A stretch of 64,000 bases of DNA from a virus. How positions within the stretch are numbered: position 1 is the first letter of the stretch; each line of letters opens with the position of its first letter. The translations under genes were made by a program, and so were the position numbers. The DNA is taken from positions 96,001 to 160,000 of IMG/VR virus record IMGVR_UViG_3300024999_000034, one strand, 5' to 3'. Positions 1 to 12,151 of this stretch are shown here, piece by piece. Under the pieces are notes generated by a model, which was not told where the DNA came from, did not search any database, and saw only the letters and a list, made by a program, of their open reading frames with translations.

Positions 1-827
1 AAATCGCTTAGTTTGAAGGATCGTTATTACAATCAATTAATAGCATTAGATTTTGTATTGAATGAAAATGCGTGGTTATTGGATTATAGAACGGATAGAA
101 ATTATGATGGATTTGTAGACGAGAGATTCTTTGCGAATTTAATCTAAGGAGTGATTTGTTTTTATGGTTAATGAAAAAGGTAAAATTGTTCTAAATATTG
201 AATATGGTTTAGATGAGTGTAAAATATATTTTACTGATAGTACACTATTAATAATTAAAGCTATCGGTGGTGTATTTGATGATTCTGATACAAGTCCTGA
301 ATTGGGATATGAACATATTAAAGAGGAGGAGTAAAATGATCATATGAATGTGAATGTCGTTTTGAGGGGGTATAAAAATATTAAAGGATGTGTATAAAAT
401 GAAAAGAAGTGAAATGATTAAACTTATGGACAAATATTTTGATACTCGTACAGTATCATCTATGGATGAATTATTATCTATAATGGAAAAGTTAGGAATG
501 ATGCCTCCTAGAAACCCTAATATCACTTTTACACAGCAAGCAGATCATAAAACATTGCATATTTGGGAAGATGAAAAAGAGGATCAAGTTGAAACTATAC
601 TAGGTGGGAAAGTAAAGTTTACTTTCATTAGAGAAAGACAAAAATCTTTTTATGGAGATAAGGTCTTTGATGGTACATTTGTTAGAAAAGGTAATGAATG
701 CTTTATAGAATCATTAGTTAACGCAACATATGGTGAAATTAGAGATTGTGGGTACGATTATTTTAAATTAGATGATGTAAAATTTGAAATGGTTTAAATA
801 GAGCATAAAGAAAAATATTAAATTGAT

Positions 828-863
828 ATTTATAGAGGTTAGATTATTCTAATCTCTATAAAT
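828..863. terminator. 16-bp stem hairpin (terminator and/or operator overlapping TTGATA..TATTCT)
   Basis: ATTTATAGAGGTTAGA-ttat-TCTAATCTCTATAAAT, one G-T pair. Confidence 0.55.
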
Positions 864-1592
864 TTATAAAGAAGGAGAGATTTAATTATGAAAGCAGTTG
901 TTAAAGGCAATCAAATTCAATGCCCAATTTGCCACACCAATGAATTTTATGTAAAAGAGGATGTAGAAATTAGAGCAATAGTAACAAAATATCATGAAGA
1001 TCATTTGTATGATATTTGCAAAGATGAATTGCAATGTGAGAACTGTGGATGGACTGGATATTTTGAGAATAATGTTGATTCAGAAAAGGATTATAAATCA
1101 AAGAAAATAACTTATACTTATGATGAAAATTAAAGTAACCCGCAATTGTAAATCATGTATATATCATTACTGGAAAGACCTTGAAGATGATCTATGCTAT
1201 GAAAAAGGTGGCTGTCTTCTATTCTCTCCGATTGGATTAAAGTTAGAAGATGTTGAAGTTGTGGGAGAATTAGGTAGTATTGACTATTGCAATAACTCTT
1301 GATCTGTGATATTATAAACACAGAAATAAATTTATCAGGAGGTACATAAAATGGCAACAACCGCAAGAGAAAAGCATATTGCAAGTATTAATGCACTTTT
1401 AGTAAAACATGGTGCAACGCTAGACAGATGGGGTATGTATCACATTGGAAAATATAAGTTTGATACTCGTAAAGTTAATCTAAAAATTACAGTTAACGAT
1501 TTGAAAATCTTATCAACTTCAATGAGTAAATTAACTTTAGAAGAATTTGAGAAAAGATTAAAAATTTATGTTGCAAGGGAGAGTGAATCAAA

Positions 1593-2075
1593 ATGAGCAG
1601 ATATAACAAACTTCTCCAAGAAGTAATACTAGAAGCCAAACAACTAAACATTCCAATATCTCAAAACATTGATCAAAATGTCATAATCAACACCAGAGCA
1701 AAAAGATTCGGAAGATGCTCTAGAAAGTCAGATAAATTTATTATTGAATTATCATCAATATTTGACAAAGCAGAGGATAAAATGGCGAAACAAACTCTTG
1801 CACACGAACTATGCCACACCTGTCCTGACTCTATGAATCATCAAGCATTATGGAAATCTCATGTAAGCAAAATGAATAGAGCATACGGATATAATATTGC
1901 TCGTACTAATTCCTGTGAGAACATTGGAGTAGAAAGAGAAATATCCAAGAATGCTAAATATACTATTGAGTGTCAGAAATGTCATAATAAATCTTATAAG
2001 GATCGTATATCAGGAGTAATTATAAATCCTGAACAATATCATTGTAAATGTGGTGGTAGGTTAACTGTAAACTAG
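1593..2075 (+). CDS. sprT: SprT-like zinc metalloprotease with C-terminal Zn ribbon
   Basis: FGRC, TLAHELCH (HExxH), HQALWK, CQKC..CKCGGRL. Confidence 0.88.
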   Translation: MSRYNKLLQEVILEAKQLNIPISQNIDQNVIINTRAKRFGRCSRKSDKFIIELSSIFDKAEDKMAKQTLAHELCHTCPDSMNHQALWKSHVSKMNRAYGYNIARTNSCENIGVEREISKNAKYTIECQKCHNKSYKDRISGVIINPEQYHCKCGGRLTVN

Positions 2076-3085
2076 AAAGGAGTGAAAATTAAATGGATTT
2101 ATCACAAACCCAAATTCACTGGAAATCTTCTTCTGAAGAAATTCAAGCAATGACTTATGAACAAGCGATTGAATTATTAGAGAATCAAATTAAAATGGGT
2201 AAAAGTACAAATCCTCAAGCAGCAGGGCCACGAAAACATATGGTTAAAGCTTATGAATTAGCGATTGAGGCATTGAAGAAATTTAAGGGGGGAAATTAAG
2301 ATGGGAAATTATCGTTTAGAGGATGAAGTCTGGGATGAAGCATGGGAGAATAATCCTACAGAAGAAATTACCGAAATGAGAGATAAAGACAACAAATTAT
2401 TTGTATTTGTTCATGCTAATAATCAAGAACAGCAAAAATTTCTGACAGAGGCATTGGAGAATAATTGTTTTGCTCAACCAGTAAACTTTATGGTATTACA
2501 AGCAGGAAAAGATATTTACACAAATAAGGTTTATCATCAAGATAAAGAAATCACAGAACCAGAAGAAATTAAGCGATTGTGGAATGGTACTAGACCTTAT
2601 TTTTCAATATCTAATGCTAATCCTGATCATATTGGAAACTATTGTAATTGGACATATCTTGAATCAATTATTGAAACTGGTTGGAAAAGACAATTTTCTG
2701 GTTGGTTGTAAATTAAATTAAATTTACCATTTTATGTCTATTAACTTAAAATTTAGAGGAGGAAAATATTATGGCTGATTATTCTTGTGAATGGTGTAAA
2801 CATGATGAAGATTGTAAATATGCTTGGAATTCAACAACTTGCGAACCTCAAGAAATGTTAGATTTGTACAACGCTTTACCAAAAGAAAAATATGAAGAAA
2901 TAGTGTCTCTTGTTGAATATCTTAAAACAAAAGAGGATGATAGTGATTATATCCAAACTATTGCATCTCAATTACAAAATAATATAATTTATAATTATCC
3001 TACAGAGGAAGAATTAAAGTATATTAAAGATTTGCTTTCTGATTAATATCAGATTCATTCTATAGAAAGGAGGTGATACTTATAA

Positions 3086-3307
3086 ATGAGAATGAAAGGA
3101 TTTTCACTAAATGATTTAGTTCAACTCTTACATAAATATAACTGGATAAGATTACGGCAAAAGGGTTCACACATTACATTTCAAAATACATATACTAAAA
3201 AGTCTATAACTTTAACAGACCATGGAAAATCTAAGGAAATATGTAGACCACTTGCAAAAAGGATACTGAAAGAAACTGGGTTATTGGAAATCGCATATTG
3301 TATGTAA
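3086..3307 (+). CDS. hicA: HicA-family mRNA interferase (no adjacent HicB)
   Basis: 73 aa; RQKGSHITF..TLTDHG..KEICRPLAKRILKETGL HicA signature; RBS AGGAGGTG. Confidence 0.85.
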   Translation: MRMKGFSLNDLVQLLHKYNWIRLRQKGSHITFQNTYTKKSITLTDHGKSKEICRPLAKRILKETGLLEIAYCM

Positions 3308-3441
3308 TACTGCACAATGTAAAAATAATTATCTAAGGAGTAATTTATGTGGTCATATCAATTCAACACTGTAAGTATAATTTATTGTGGTTGAGGTATC
3401 TACTGCCAATCAGGATAAATTAATAATTAGAAAGGAGCGAT

Positions 3442-3567
3442 ATGACCATGAAAAATAAAATCATAATTGCTGTTTTAATCGTTTTGAGTGTTGTTGCTTA
3501 TGTTAGTATTAGTGGAGGCAATAAAGAGGCTTACAAGTCAAATCAGAGTCTTACTGTGAAGATTTAA
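3442..3567 (+). CDS. 41-aa putative secreted/membrane peptide (missed by ORF track)
   Basis: Manual translation MTMKNKIIIAVLIVLSVVAYVSISGGNKEAYKSNQSLTVKI; RBS AAAGGAG; basic N-terminus plus hydrophobic core. Confidence 0.65.
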   Translation: MTMKNKIIIAVLIVLSVVAYVSISGGNKEAYKSNQSLTVKI

Positions 3568-3579
3568 GGAGGTATAATC

Positions 3580-4257
3580 ATGGCAAAGAAAGCAGAAATT
3601 TTTACAAAAGAATGTAAAGAGTGTGGAACTCCTGCTATCAAAAATTCTATTATTTGTACTGAATGCGGTGCAGAACTTAAATCTTCTAAGGGAATGGGAG
3701 TAGTACAGCCAATACGCGATAAGGCAAAGATTGAAGAAATGAAAGTTTACTTAAAATCTCATTCTCTTAGAGATTATACTCTTTTTATTCTAGGTATTAA
3801 TTCTGCATTAAGAATATCTGATTTGCTTAATTTGAAAGTATCTGATGTTTATGATGAAAACGGAAAAGTGCGAGAAAGGATTTTGGTTAAAGAAATCAAA
3901 ACTAGCAAGTCTAAAAATTTCCCTTTTAATAACAGTGTGAAATCTGCTTTAAATGAATATTATCATACAATAAAACCTGCTCAGACTGTTCTATTTGCTT
4001 CTCGTAAAGGCGATGAGAGTATTACTAGGCAACAGTCACATCGTATCATTAACGAGGCAGCTAAGGCATGTAATATTAAAGAACCCTGCTCAAATCATTC
4101 CCTTAGAAAAACATTTGCCACAGCTCTGTATGAAGCAGGAGTAGATTTAACACGTATTCAAGCTCTGCTCAATCATTCTTCACCAAAAGAAACCATCCGT
4201 TATATTGGCCTCAATCAATTACAGAATGATCAGATTTATTTAAATTTAAATTTATAA
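3580..4257 (+). CDS. Small tyrosine recombinase/integrase with N-terminal double Zn ribbon
   Basis: Full catalytic set: ALRISD (R), EIKTSK (K), NHSLRKT (HxxR), LNHSS (H), IRYIG (Y); CKEC..CTEC at N-terminus. Confidence 0.92.
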   Translation: MAKKAEIFTKECKECGTPAIKNSIICTECGAELKSSKGMGVVQPIRDKAKIEEMKVYLKSHSLRDYTLFILGINSALRISDLLNLKVSDVYDENGKVRERILVKEIKTSKSKNFPFNNSVKSALNEYYHTIKPAQTVLFASRKGDESITRQQSHRIINEAAKACNIKEPCSNHSLRKTFATALYEAGVDLTRIQALLNHSSPKETIRYIGLNQLQNDQIYLNLNL

Positions 4258-4281
4258 TAATAAAAATAAAGGATGGATTAA

Positions 4282-5988
4282 ATGAAAAATAAAGAATTGA
4301 AATACAATAATGTTAAAAAGCACATTGAAAGTTTGGGATATATTTTAATTAGTACAAAATATATTAATAATTCATCTAAAATAATTATCAAAGACTCAGT
4401 CGGTTATTATTATTTAACAACTTATGGCAATTTATGTAGTAATCACATTCCTTCTAAGGCTCATAAATCAAATCCATATGCTATTCAAAATATTCAACTA
4501 TGGACTGAATTAAATAAAAAACCATTTAAACCAGTAAGTGATCAACAATATATTGTGGCAAATGATAATCTCAAATGGGAATGTTTTAAATGCGGAGAAA
4601 CATTTAAAGCTACATGGGCAAATATATCCCATGTATCTAAAAATTATGGTTGTGGATTATGTAGTGGACATCAAGTTGGATTATCAAATTGTTTAGAAAC
4701 ATTAAATCCAACTCTTGCCTCAGAGTGGCATCCTACAAAAAATGGAAGTCTCACCCCTAATGATGTGACTTGTGGATCAGGAAAATTTGTTTGGTGGGAA
4801 TGTTCTAAAAATCATAAACATGAATGGGAGGCAGATATTTACAGTAGGAATGACGGTCATGGATGTCCATATTGTAGTGGACATAGACCTAGTGAAGATT
4901 ATAATTTATTAGTAACTAACCCTATTCTTTGTAAGGAATGGCATCCTACTCTAAATGATAAAAATCCGAATGAGTATTGCCCAAGTTCTCATGAATTTGT
5001 ATGGTGGAAATGCGGTCAAGGACATGAATGGTATGCTGTAATTAGTAGTAGAAGTGGTATAAATGGTAATAATTGCCCATATTGTGCAGGACAGTTACCA
5101 ACTGAGGATAATAATTTATTGGTTGATAATCCTCATCTTTGTGAAGAGTGGTATTATGAAAAGAATGATAAAAGACCAGAGGAATATTGTCCAAATTCTA
5201 ATCAAGAAGTTTGGTGGCAATGTAAAAAAGGACATGAATGGCCTGCATTAATTTCTAATAGGAACTCTAAAGAGTCGGGATGTCCATATTGTGCAGGACA
5301 ATTGCCGAGTAAGGAAAATAATTTATTTACTAGAGACCCAGTTTTAGCATCTGAATGGCACACTACAAAAAACGGAGATTTAACTCCTTACGATGTAACT
5401 GTTAGTAGTAATAAATATGCTTGGTGGAAATGTAAAGAATGCGATCACGAATGGTATACTATGATTAATTGGAGAAGTGGTGAAAATGGTTCAGGTTGCC
5501 CCGAATGTAACAAAACTAGCACAGGTGAGATATTGATTAGTAGCGTCCTAGATTCATATAGTATACCAAATACTTCTCAATTTAGAATTGAAGAATGTAG
5601 AAATAAAAACAAACTTCCTTTTGATCATGCAGTTTTTGGAGATATCGAAAAAACAGACTTAATCTTCCTCATAGAATTTGATGGATACCACCATTTTTAC
5701 CCTGTCTGTTTCGGTGGAATTTCAGAAGAAATGGCCATTAAAACAATGAAACAAACACAATTTCATGACAAAATAAAAGATAAATACTGTCTAGACAACA
5801 ATATACATCTTCTTCGTATTAATTACAAAGATTTTGATAATATCCCAACTATTATAACTACAGAATTGCAAAAATATAATTTACTACCATGTAATTTCTT
5901 AGATTATTCAGATACATATATGAATAAACTTTTACCTGAAAATATTATTGAAATACAAAATAGCGTATCTACTCCATACACAAACTAA
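4282..5988 (+). CDS. Zn-ribbon repeat (DUF4379-type) protein with C-terminal PD-(D/E)XK/Vsr-like endonuclease; probable homing endonuclease
   Basis: About four repeats of EWHPTKN..TP..V...S....WW.C..GHEW.....R....GCPYC.G; C-terminal LPFD..LIEFDGYHH..D.IKD.YC. Confidence 0.8.
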   Translation: MKNKELKYNNVKKHIESLGYILISTKYINNSSKIIIKDSVGYYYLTTYGNLCSNHIPSKAHKSNPYAIQNIQLWTELNKKPFKPVSDQQYIVANDNLKWECFKCGETFKATWANISHVSKNYGCGLCSGHQVGLSNCLETLNPTLASEWHPTKNGSLTPNDVTCGSGKFVWWECSKNHKHEWEADIYSRNDGHGCPYCSGHRPSEDYNLLVTNPILCKEWHPTLNDKNPNEYCPSSHEFVWWKCGQGHEWYAVISSRSGINGNNCPYCAGQLPTEDNNLLVDNPHLCEEWYYEKNDKRPEEYCPNSNQEVWWQCKKGHEWPALISNRNSKESGCPYCAGQLPSKENNLFTRDPVLASEWHTTKNGDLTPYDVTVSSNKYAWWKCKECDHEWYTMINWRSGENGSGCPECNKTSTGEILISSVLDSYSIPNTSQFRIEECRNKNKLPFDHAVFGDIEKTDLIFLIEFDGYHHFYPVCFGGISEEMAIKTMKQTQFHDKIKDKYCLDNNIHLLRINYKDFDNIPTIITTELQKYNLLPCNFLDYSDTYMNKLLPENIIEIQNSVSTPYTN

Positions 5989-6004
5989 TACTAATAAATA
6001 AATT

Positions 6005-6045
6005 TTATATAACTCCTTGATTTAATACCCAAGGAGTTATATAAT
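6005..6045 (+). promoter_or_regulatory. SigA-type promoter embedded in a perfect 15-bp inverted repeat
   Basis: TTGATT(6017-22)-17 bp-TATAAT(6040-45); arms TTATATAACTCCTTG / CAAGGAGTTATATAA. Confidence 0.7.
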
Positions 6046-6093
6046 AAACCTATCATCAATCCAAAAATAAACATAGAAAGGAGCAATACATAA

Positions 6094-6495
6094 ATGCCAG
6101 TTATCTCACACGTACAAAACATAATCAATTCATTTGAAACACTACGTCGCGATATGGACACGGTTTCTAATAAAATTAAAAATTGTCATTCAGAACAAGA
6201 TGATATGTTACATGAAATAGAATTAACTAAATTCAACGCTTGTGAAGGTTATAATCTATCAAAAGAATTGCAATTGATAAGACATAAACGCAGAAAATAT
6301 CTTGAACAAGAGGAACAATTGGACATCCTAAGAGGGTTCATGAATAAATATAAATGGCTTGTCAATGAGTTGAAACCTATTGTTATAGTATTGGAAAATA
6401 AAAAGGAACAGCAAACTAACAGGAAATATACGCCAAAGATTAGGACTAATTTAAAGATTGTTAGGATACAAGGAATGAAGGAAACTGCTAAGTAA
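6094..6495 (+). CDS. Conserved phage coiled-coil hypothetical protein
   Basis: RBS AAAGGAG; DDMLHEIEL..NACEG..L..IR..RR..RKYTPK pattern. Confidence 0.7.
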   Translation: MPVISHVQNIINSFETLRRDMDTVSNKIKNCHSEQDDMLHEIELTKFNACEGYNLSKELQLIRHKRRKYLEQEEQLDILRGFMNKYKWLVNELKPIVIVLENKKEQQTNRKYTPKIRTNLKIVRIQGMKETAK

Positions 6496-6519
6496 ATTAT
6501 TGAGGGAGATATATGCAAA

Positions 6520-9500
6520 ATGATAAGAACGGAGAGTCAAATGTTAATTGATATATTGATTTATTTTGTAGGTATTTCCGTGATAATAACTAGTTTTTGT
6601 ATGGGGTGGTCTGGTGAATTGAAATATATTGAATCTATTAATATTTCAATTTTAGGAATGTTGACTATAATTTATGCTCATATGAGAGGGCAGAATAATA
6701 AATAGAAAGGAGTTGACTACATAAATGTATCCGCTATACTTCATCCCAAAACGTGTAATTCAAGAATATCAAACAAAAATCCACAATGCCAAATACCTAA
6801 CCACTCCAATTATCAAGAGAAAAATCAGTGCTATGATTCATGCTACAAAATATTGTAGAATTGATTTAGGAAATGGTAAATATCAACACAGATTTGGTCA
6901 TTGCAAAATGATTGTTGAAGAGAACAATTTAACTGTATCAAAAGTTGAATATACTATTATTGGTAGCGTTCCAAAAGGTGATGGGAAGTTTTATGATAAG
7001 ATATGTAAAAAATGTTATGGTCTGAACGATAAGCATACGGAATTTGCGGAGACTTGTAGAAATAAAATTATTGAAGGAGTGTGTTAATAATGAAAAAGTT
7101 ATTAATTTTATCTTTAATTGCAATGGTTGCTTTAACTGGTTGTGGTAGACCACAAAAGGGCGAGGATCTTTTAGGTAATAAATTTACAATTAAAAGTGTA
7201 ACAATCGGCGAAGGTTTAAATTCAGATATTTATGTTTTAGTTGATAAAAAATATGGGGTTAATTATTATTATATAGTTAATGGACATGGTAGATCATTGT
7301 GTCCTATCTATGATAAAGAAGGTAAAGTTGTAATTGATAAAGTAGAATAATCCTTGGAAATGTTTAATTCCTAGTATTTATAATAAGAAGGAGAGATTTA
7401 TTATGAAGGACATTATTATTGGAGATAAAAAGAGTAGTAGTTGTTCAGCAGTAATATATTTTGAGCATCCAGAGGTTCAAAATATTATAAGTCAAAATTC
7501 CCAACTATATTGGTGCCATGAGGAATTTACTAGAACATCAATTTTTATTTTAAAAGATACAGATGAAGGTGAAGCACTAACCGCATTACTTCATTGTAAA
7601 AGTTCTTTGGAATGTGTAGAAAACTTTTTACTTAATATTGCATTGAGCAATATGGATGTTTCGGATTTTAGAATTATAATGGAAAATTGTAGCAAAAGTT
7701 CTTTTGGAGATGGCATAAAATATAATCAACAACAACTAAGAAAAGTTATGGGAATTTAACCTTCGAAACTTAGCATTTACGGGAATTAAGAAAGGATGAT
7801 CAAAAATGATTAAAATTGAAAAGATTTCTGATGACAACTTTGAGGTTCTTATTTGTGATAAGTTAAAGAGTATTCTAGATAGAGACGAGATATTAATATT
7901 ATTATGGGACTTAGCAGACAAATTGGATTATGAAGTAAGGAGCAAGTGGTAATTATGATTAAATGTGAAAGATTTGTATTCTTTAAAAATAATGTAAGAT
8001 CAATTATTGCAATACACATTAAATGTAACTTATTCACAAGAACATTTTATCTTGATAAAGAAATTGAATGGGTTGCAGGGCCAGTTTATGACAATACATT
8101 AAACAAACAAAAGATTGAGGTAAAATTAGTCAATGATGATCCTAAATATGAGTTTCTAGTTGATGCTGTGGAATGGGAAGAGCTTAAAACTTATAAGGAA
8201 CAGATTGATAAGTTTCTGAAATAGAAAGGAAGATGATATTTATCATGATAACCAAAGAAGAATTCCTAAATAATTGGGATGCTAAAATTACAGACCAAGG
8301 AATTATGCTTCCAAAAGACACTTGTTTTGTATTTCTTGCTTCAGAATATTGCAATAAACTTAAATTGAATATTGATGATAAAGATAGGGAAACGATTCAA
8401 AATTTCGGTTATTGGTTGGAAGGAATGTTCGAAGTTTGTGACGGAACAAAAGGTAGATCAAATTATAATTGTCAAGACAGAAACTTAGGGGAGGTTGGAA
8501 TAATTAAATGAAAAAATCAGAACTGAAAAATGGTATGATTGTTAAAACAAGTGGTGGTAGATATGGTGTTATATGTCTAAAAGATGCAACAAATGAAAAT
8601 TGTATTAAATTTTTATATGATCCAGATTATTTATTAGATTATGGATGTCTTTTAAATAGCGGAAGCATGTTAGAATCATTAGATAATTTGGACGACAATT
8701 TAAATTTCTACTATTATGCAACAAAAGAAGATACCTTAATGGATATAAAAATCGGAGACAAATTAATAGTTGGACAAATAATTGAAGTGTTTGCTTTAAA
8801 TCAACTATGGTTAAGAAATAATTTATATCCTACGCCTAATGGGTTATACGGTGATAGTGAATAAAACTGCGATTTTATCCTATTTATGTATTTGAAAAGT
8901 AGAGTAAATTAAAGATAATAAGAGCATAAAGGAGATATAAAAATGGCGTTATTAACTTTTGAAGAAATATTAAAAGAGATTGAAGAAGAAGGATTTTATG
9001 AACTTCCACCTAATTGTACAAGTGGAGAAGAATATGAAGAATGGTTAAGAAAAGATAAATCTGAGGAGGAATTAATTAAATGAAAATAACATCAATAATG
9101 GAAACAACCAAGCAAGAGAAAACTATCTTTTATGATGCTCTAAATGTATACATTAAATATCTTACAGAAATGCTATCAGAAAGCACAGAAGGTACTTCTA
9201 AGACGCTTATCACTACAACCCTAACAAATACCAATCGCTTATTATCAGAGATGGAATTAAGCCTGTAAAGGAGCATAAACAATGACTGAAACAGAATTAT
9301 TAATCCAAGAAACAATTATTTATTTACTTGAAATCAGAAAAGATTATTCGAGAAGTGTATCGATGGATGATGTTGGCAAAGTAAGGACTTTAACTAATGC
9401 TGTAGAATTATTACATCAGTATTTAGGATTGATGCATTAAGAAAGGGGATTGTAATATTATGAAAAACAATAAATTAGTAAAAGAAATCAAAGAATTTTT

Positions 9501-10992
9501 CTCAGAAAAAGGAATTGACAATACACAAGAAAAATTATTAGTGTGGTATGGATTTGCGGAATTACAAATTAAGGAAGATACTTATTGGAGTTCATGCGAA
9601 AACTGTGATAATCCTAGTTGTAGTATGACAGAAGATTTTCCAATATGGTTTTGTGTTGATCAGAAATAGATTTAATTTATCGTAAGGGAGATATAACTAT
9701 GAGAGATTTCACTAAAGAGGAGAAAAGAATATTAATTAAAAATATAAATACAACATTAGATAAGATTAATTATGCCCTTGATCAAAATCAAATATCAGAA
9801 GCAGTAATTGAATTGGCAGTAACAATGAGAGAAGAAGGATTTCAAAAAGCTGTAAAAGAAATGAAGAAAATCATGATTAATGCAAGACTGGTCAATTAAA
9901 ATTCTACACTTATCGAAACAAAAAAGAAAGGAAATGATTTTATGGAAGATTTAGAATCAAAAGTACAACAAAGAATTGATGATATAAATTTTGATTTATT
10001 TTGTGATGTGATTGACAAATTACAAGTTTATGGAGTTAATTTATATAATGGTGAAGGTAAATGGGACTTTAATCAGTTTAGAAATGATTGTAAAAAGACT
10101 TATAATATTTTATTTAAAAATGATAAAACACATCCAGAAACAGTTATTAAATATCAATTATGTGATTTTATGAGTGCAGTTCAAGCAATTGTAGGTATTA
10201 GGGATATTACAGAATTTATGTACAAATGAAAAATATAAGGAAGGAAGAAAATAAATGAGCATAAATTATTATTTCATCAATAAACAAATACGTGATGAAA
10301 ACAACAATAGATTAGAACAGGTAAAGTTTTTAGATCCAGAGATAATGTTAAAACAACTGGTCGATACTAACCTATTTGAAGAAGTATCAAGATTAGAATA
10401 TAAAATAAATGAGTTTATAGACGAAGTAAAACAAATGGCACAACTAGAAAATCCATATATTCATATTTGTCAAAATGCAGGAAGTTGGAATACTTTATTT
10501 GCTAAAACTGAACATTATTCTACTTATGAAGAACTATTTCTATTTTATGATTCAAACAAAAGTAATTTATTAATAGTAGATGAATATGATAGAGAACTGA
10601 CTTGGCTTGAATTTGAAAAACAGATTTCTAAAAATGAAAGAACTAGAGGTGATTATAAATGTAAAAAGAAATACGACTGGAGTTATAATGATTTTAGTTA
10701 AGTAATGTCCTTGGAAAGACATGAACTAGAAGAAAGGAGAATATGACTTATGGCAAGAGTCTATAAAACGGTAACTCATTATCTTATAACTGTAATTGAT
10801 CTTAAAAACTTTACAAAACAAATTTACTCCGATGAAGAAATTAGAAAATGGTTGATTTGTGATTCTGATATAAAAGATAATCATTTTTGGAAACTACTAA
10901 ATTGGAAATATATTATTTTTGAATGTGATGAAGATTATGAAATTTTAGGATTGCCAACTCCTGATCGTTGGGATGAGTATTATGGCCTATAG
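6520..10992 (+). other. Run of small hypothetical phage ORFs, including a lipoprotein (7090-7350, LTGC lipobox, DUF6440-like) and unannotated mini-ORFs 8943-9083 and 9282-9440
   Basis: Consecutive + strand ORFs with RBSs; mini-ORFs translated by hand. Confidence 0.7.
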
Positions 10993-11179
10993 AAATATTA
11001 GGAAGTTTTACACTTAACGGAAAGTAGAAAAGATGAAAATAAATATGAATTTAAGATAACTATACTTTAGATGAAGTTAAAATTGTGCTAGATAAAATTC
11101 TAGAATCTATTAATTATATTTTTAGCCAAAGTAACTTGCAACAAAATAAAATAATAAATAAAAGGAGGAAATTAATAAA

Positions 11180-12088
11180 TTGGGATCAGTTAAACAGTAT
11201 GAAGTTGCTGAAAGAAAAAGATTAGAGAAATTGGAAAGGGAACATAAAATAATAAATGGGGTAGATTATAAATTCTGCAATAAACATCATATTCATTTTC
11301 CAGATGAGGATATTTGGTTCCCTTCTACTACTGAATATTTTTACAAATCACACAATAAAACTGATGGGTTATATCCTTATTGCAAACGATGTGGAGTTGT
11401 AAGAGCTGAAATATGGGCAAAAGAAAATCCTGAAAGAACTGTAATACTTACAAAAAGAAAAAGGACTTCTCCACGCAAAAGAGAATATAGTAGACTCGCT
11501 CATGCAAAAGCTCGTGAAAGTGGTTACTATGCAGAATATATGAGTAAACCAGAAGTTAAGGCGAGAAAATATGGTAGTAGGCATAGAGACCATGAGATAA
11601 GTGAAAAGGAATGGATATATTGTAAAGATTACTTTAAAGATAAAGATGGCGACTGGTGTTGTGCTTATTGTGGAATAAAAATAAAAAATCATTTTATTGT
11701 AATTAAAGGAGTTATTAAAAATAGTGATCTCCATAAAGAACACAAAGATGATAAGGGAGCTAATGACATAAGAAATTGCATACCAAGTTGTAGAGACTGT
11801 AACTCAAATAAATGGGCTTTTGATTTTGAAGAATGGTATAGAAAACAAAAGTTTTTCACCGATGAAAGATATAATAAAATAATTCAATGGTGTACTGAAG
11901 ATTATAAATTATACATAGAAAACAAACCTTTGTTTAAAATATACAAAAAGAAAAATGATATTGGTAGTAAGTTTCATTATGAGATTTGGGAATTAGACGA
12001 ATTGATGAATCGAGTTGGATGTATATCTACGGCAGACAAGAAAAAAGATTTAGTGGATGAATTGGAAAAATTAATTTTAAATACATAA
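11180..12088 (+). CDS. HNH endonuclease, paralog 1 (TTG start)
   Basis: CAYCG..LHKEH..NDIRNCIPSCRDCNSNK; N-terminal Zn finger; similar to 30239 and 38656. Confidence 0.85.
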   Translation: MGSVKQYEVAERKRLEKLEREHKIINGVDYKFCNKHHIHFPDEDIWFPSTTEYFYKSHNKTDGLYPYCKRCGVVRAEIWAKENPERTVILTKRKRTSPRKREYSRLAHAKARESGYYAEYMSKPEVKARKYGSRHRDHEISEKEWIYCKDYFKDKDGDWCCAYCGIKIKNHFIVIKGVIKNSDLHKEHKDDKGANDIRNCIPSCRDCNSNKWAFDFEEWYRKQKFFTDERYNKIIQWCTEDYKLYIENKPLFKIYKKKNDIGSKFHYEIWELDELMNRVGCISTADKKKDLVDELEKLILNT

Positions 12089-12094
12089 ATAATT

Positions 12095-12120
12095 TCCTAT
12101 AAGCGACATCGTTTATGGGA
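12095..12120. repeat. 9-8-9 palindromic gene-boundary site
   Basis: TCCTATAAG-cgacatcg-TTTATGGGA just after a stop codon. Confidence 0.7.
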
Positions 12121-12151
12121 TTTTTGAAAACATTTAGAAAGAGGGTATTTT

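Larger units (their letters stand above)
390..3046 (+). other. Run of small hypothetical phage ORFs (390-797, 888-1133, 1120-1302, 1351-1596, 2093-2299, 2301-2711, 2771-3046)
   Basis: Tightly packed + strand ORFs with AGGAG-type RBSs; several have CxxC pairs; no family recognised. Confidence 0.75.
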
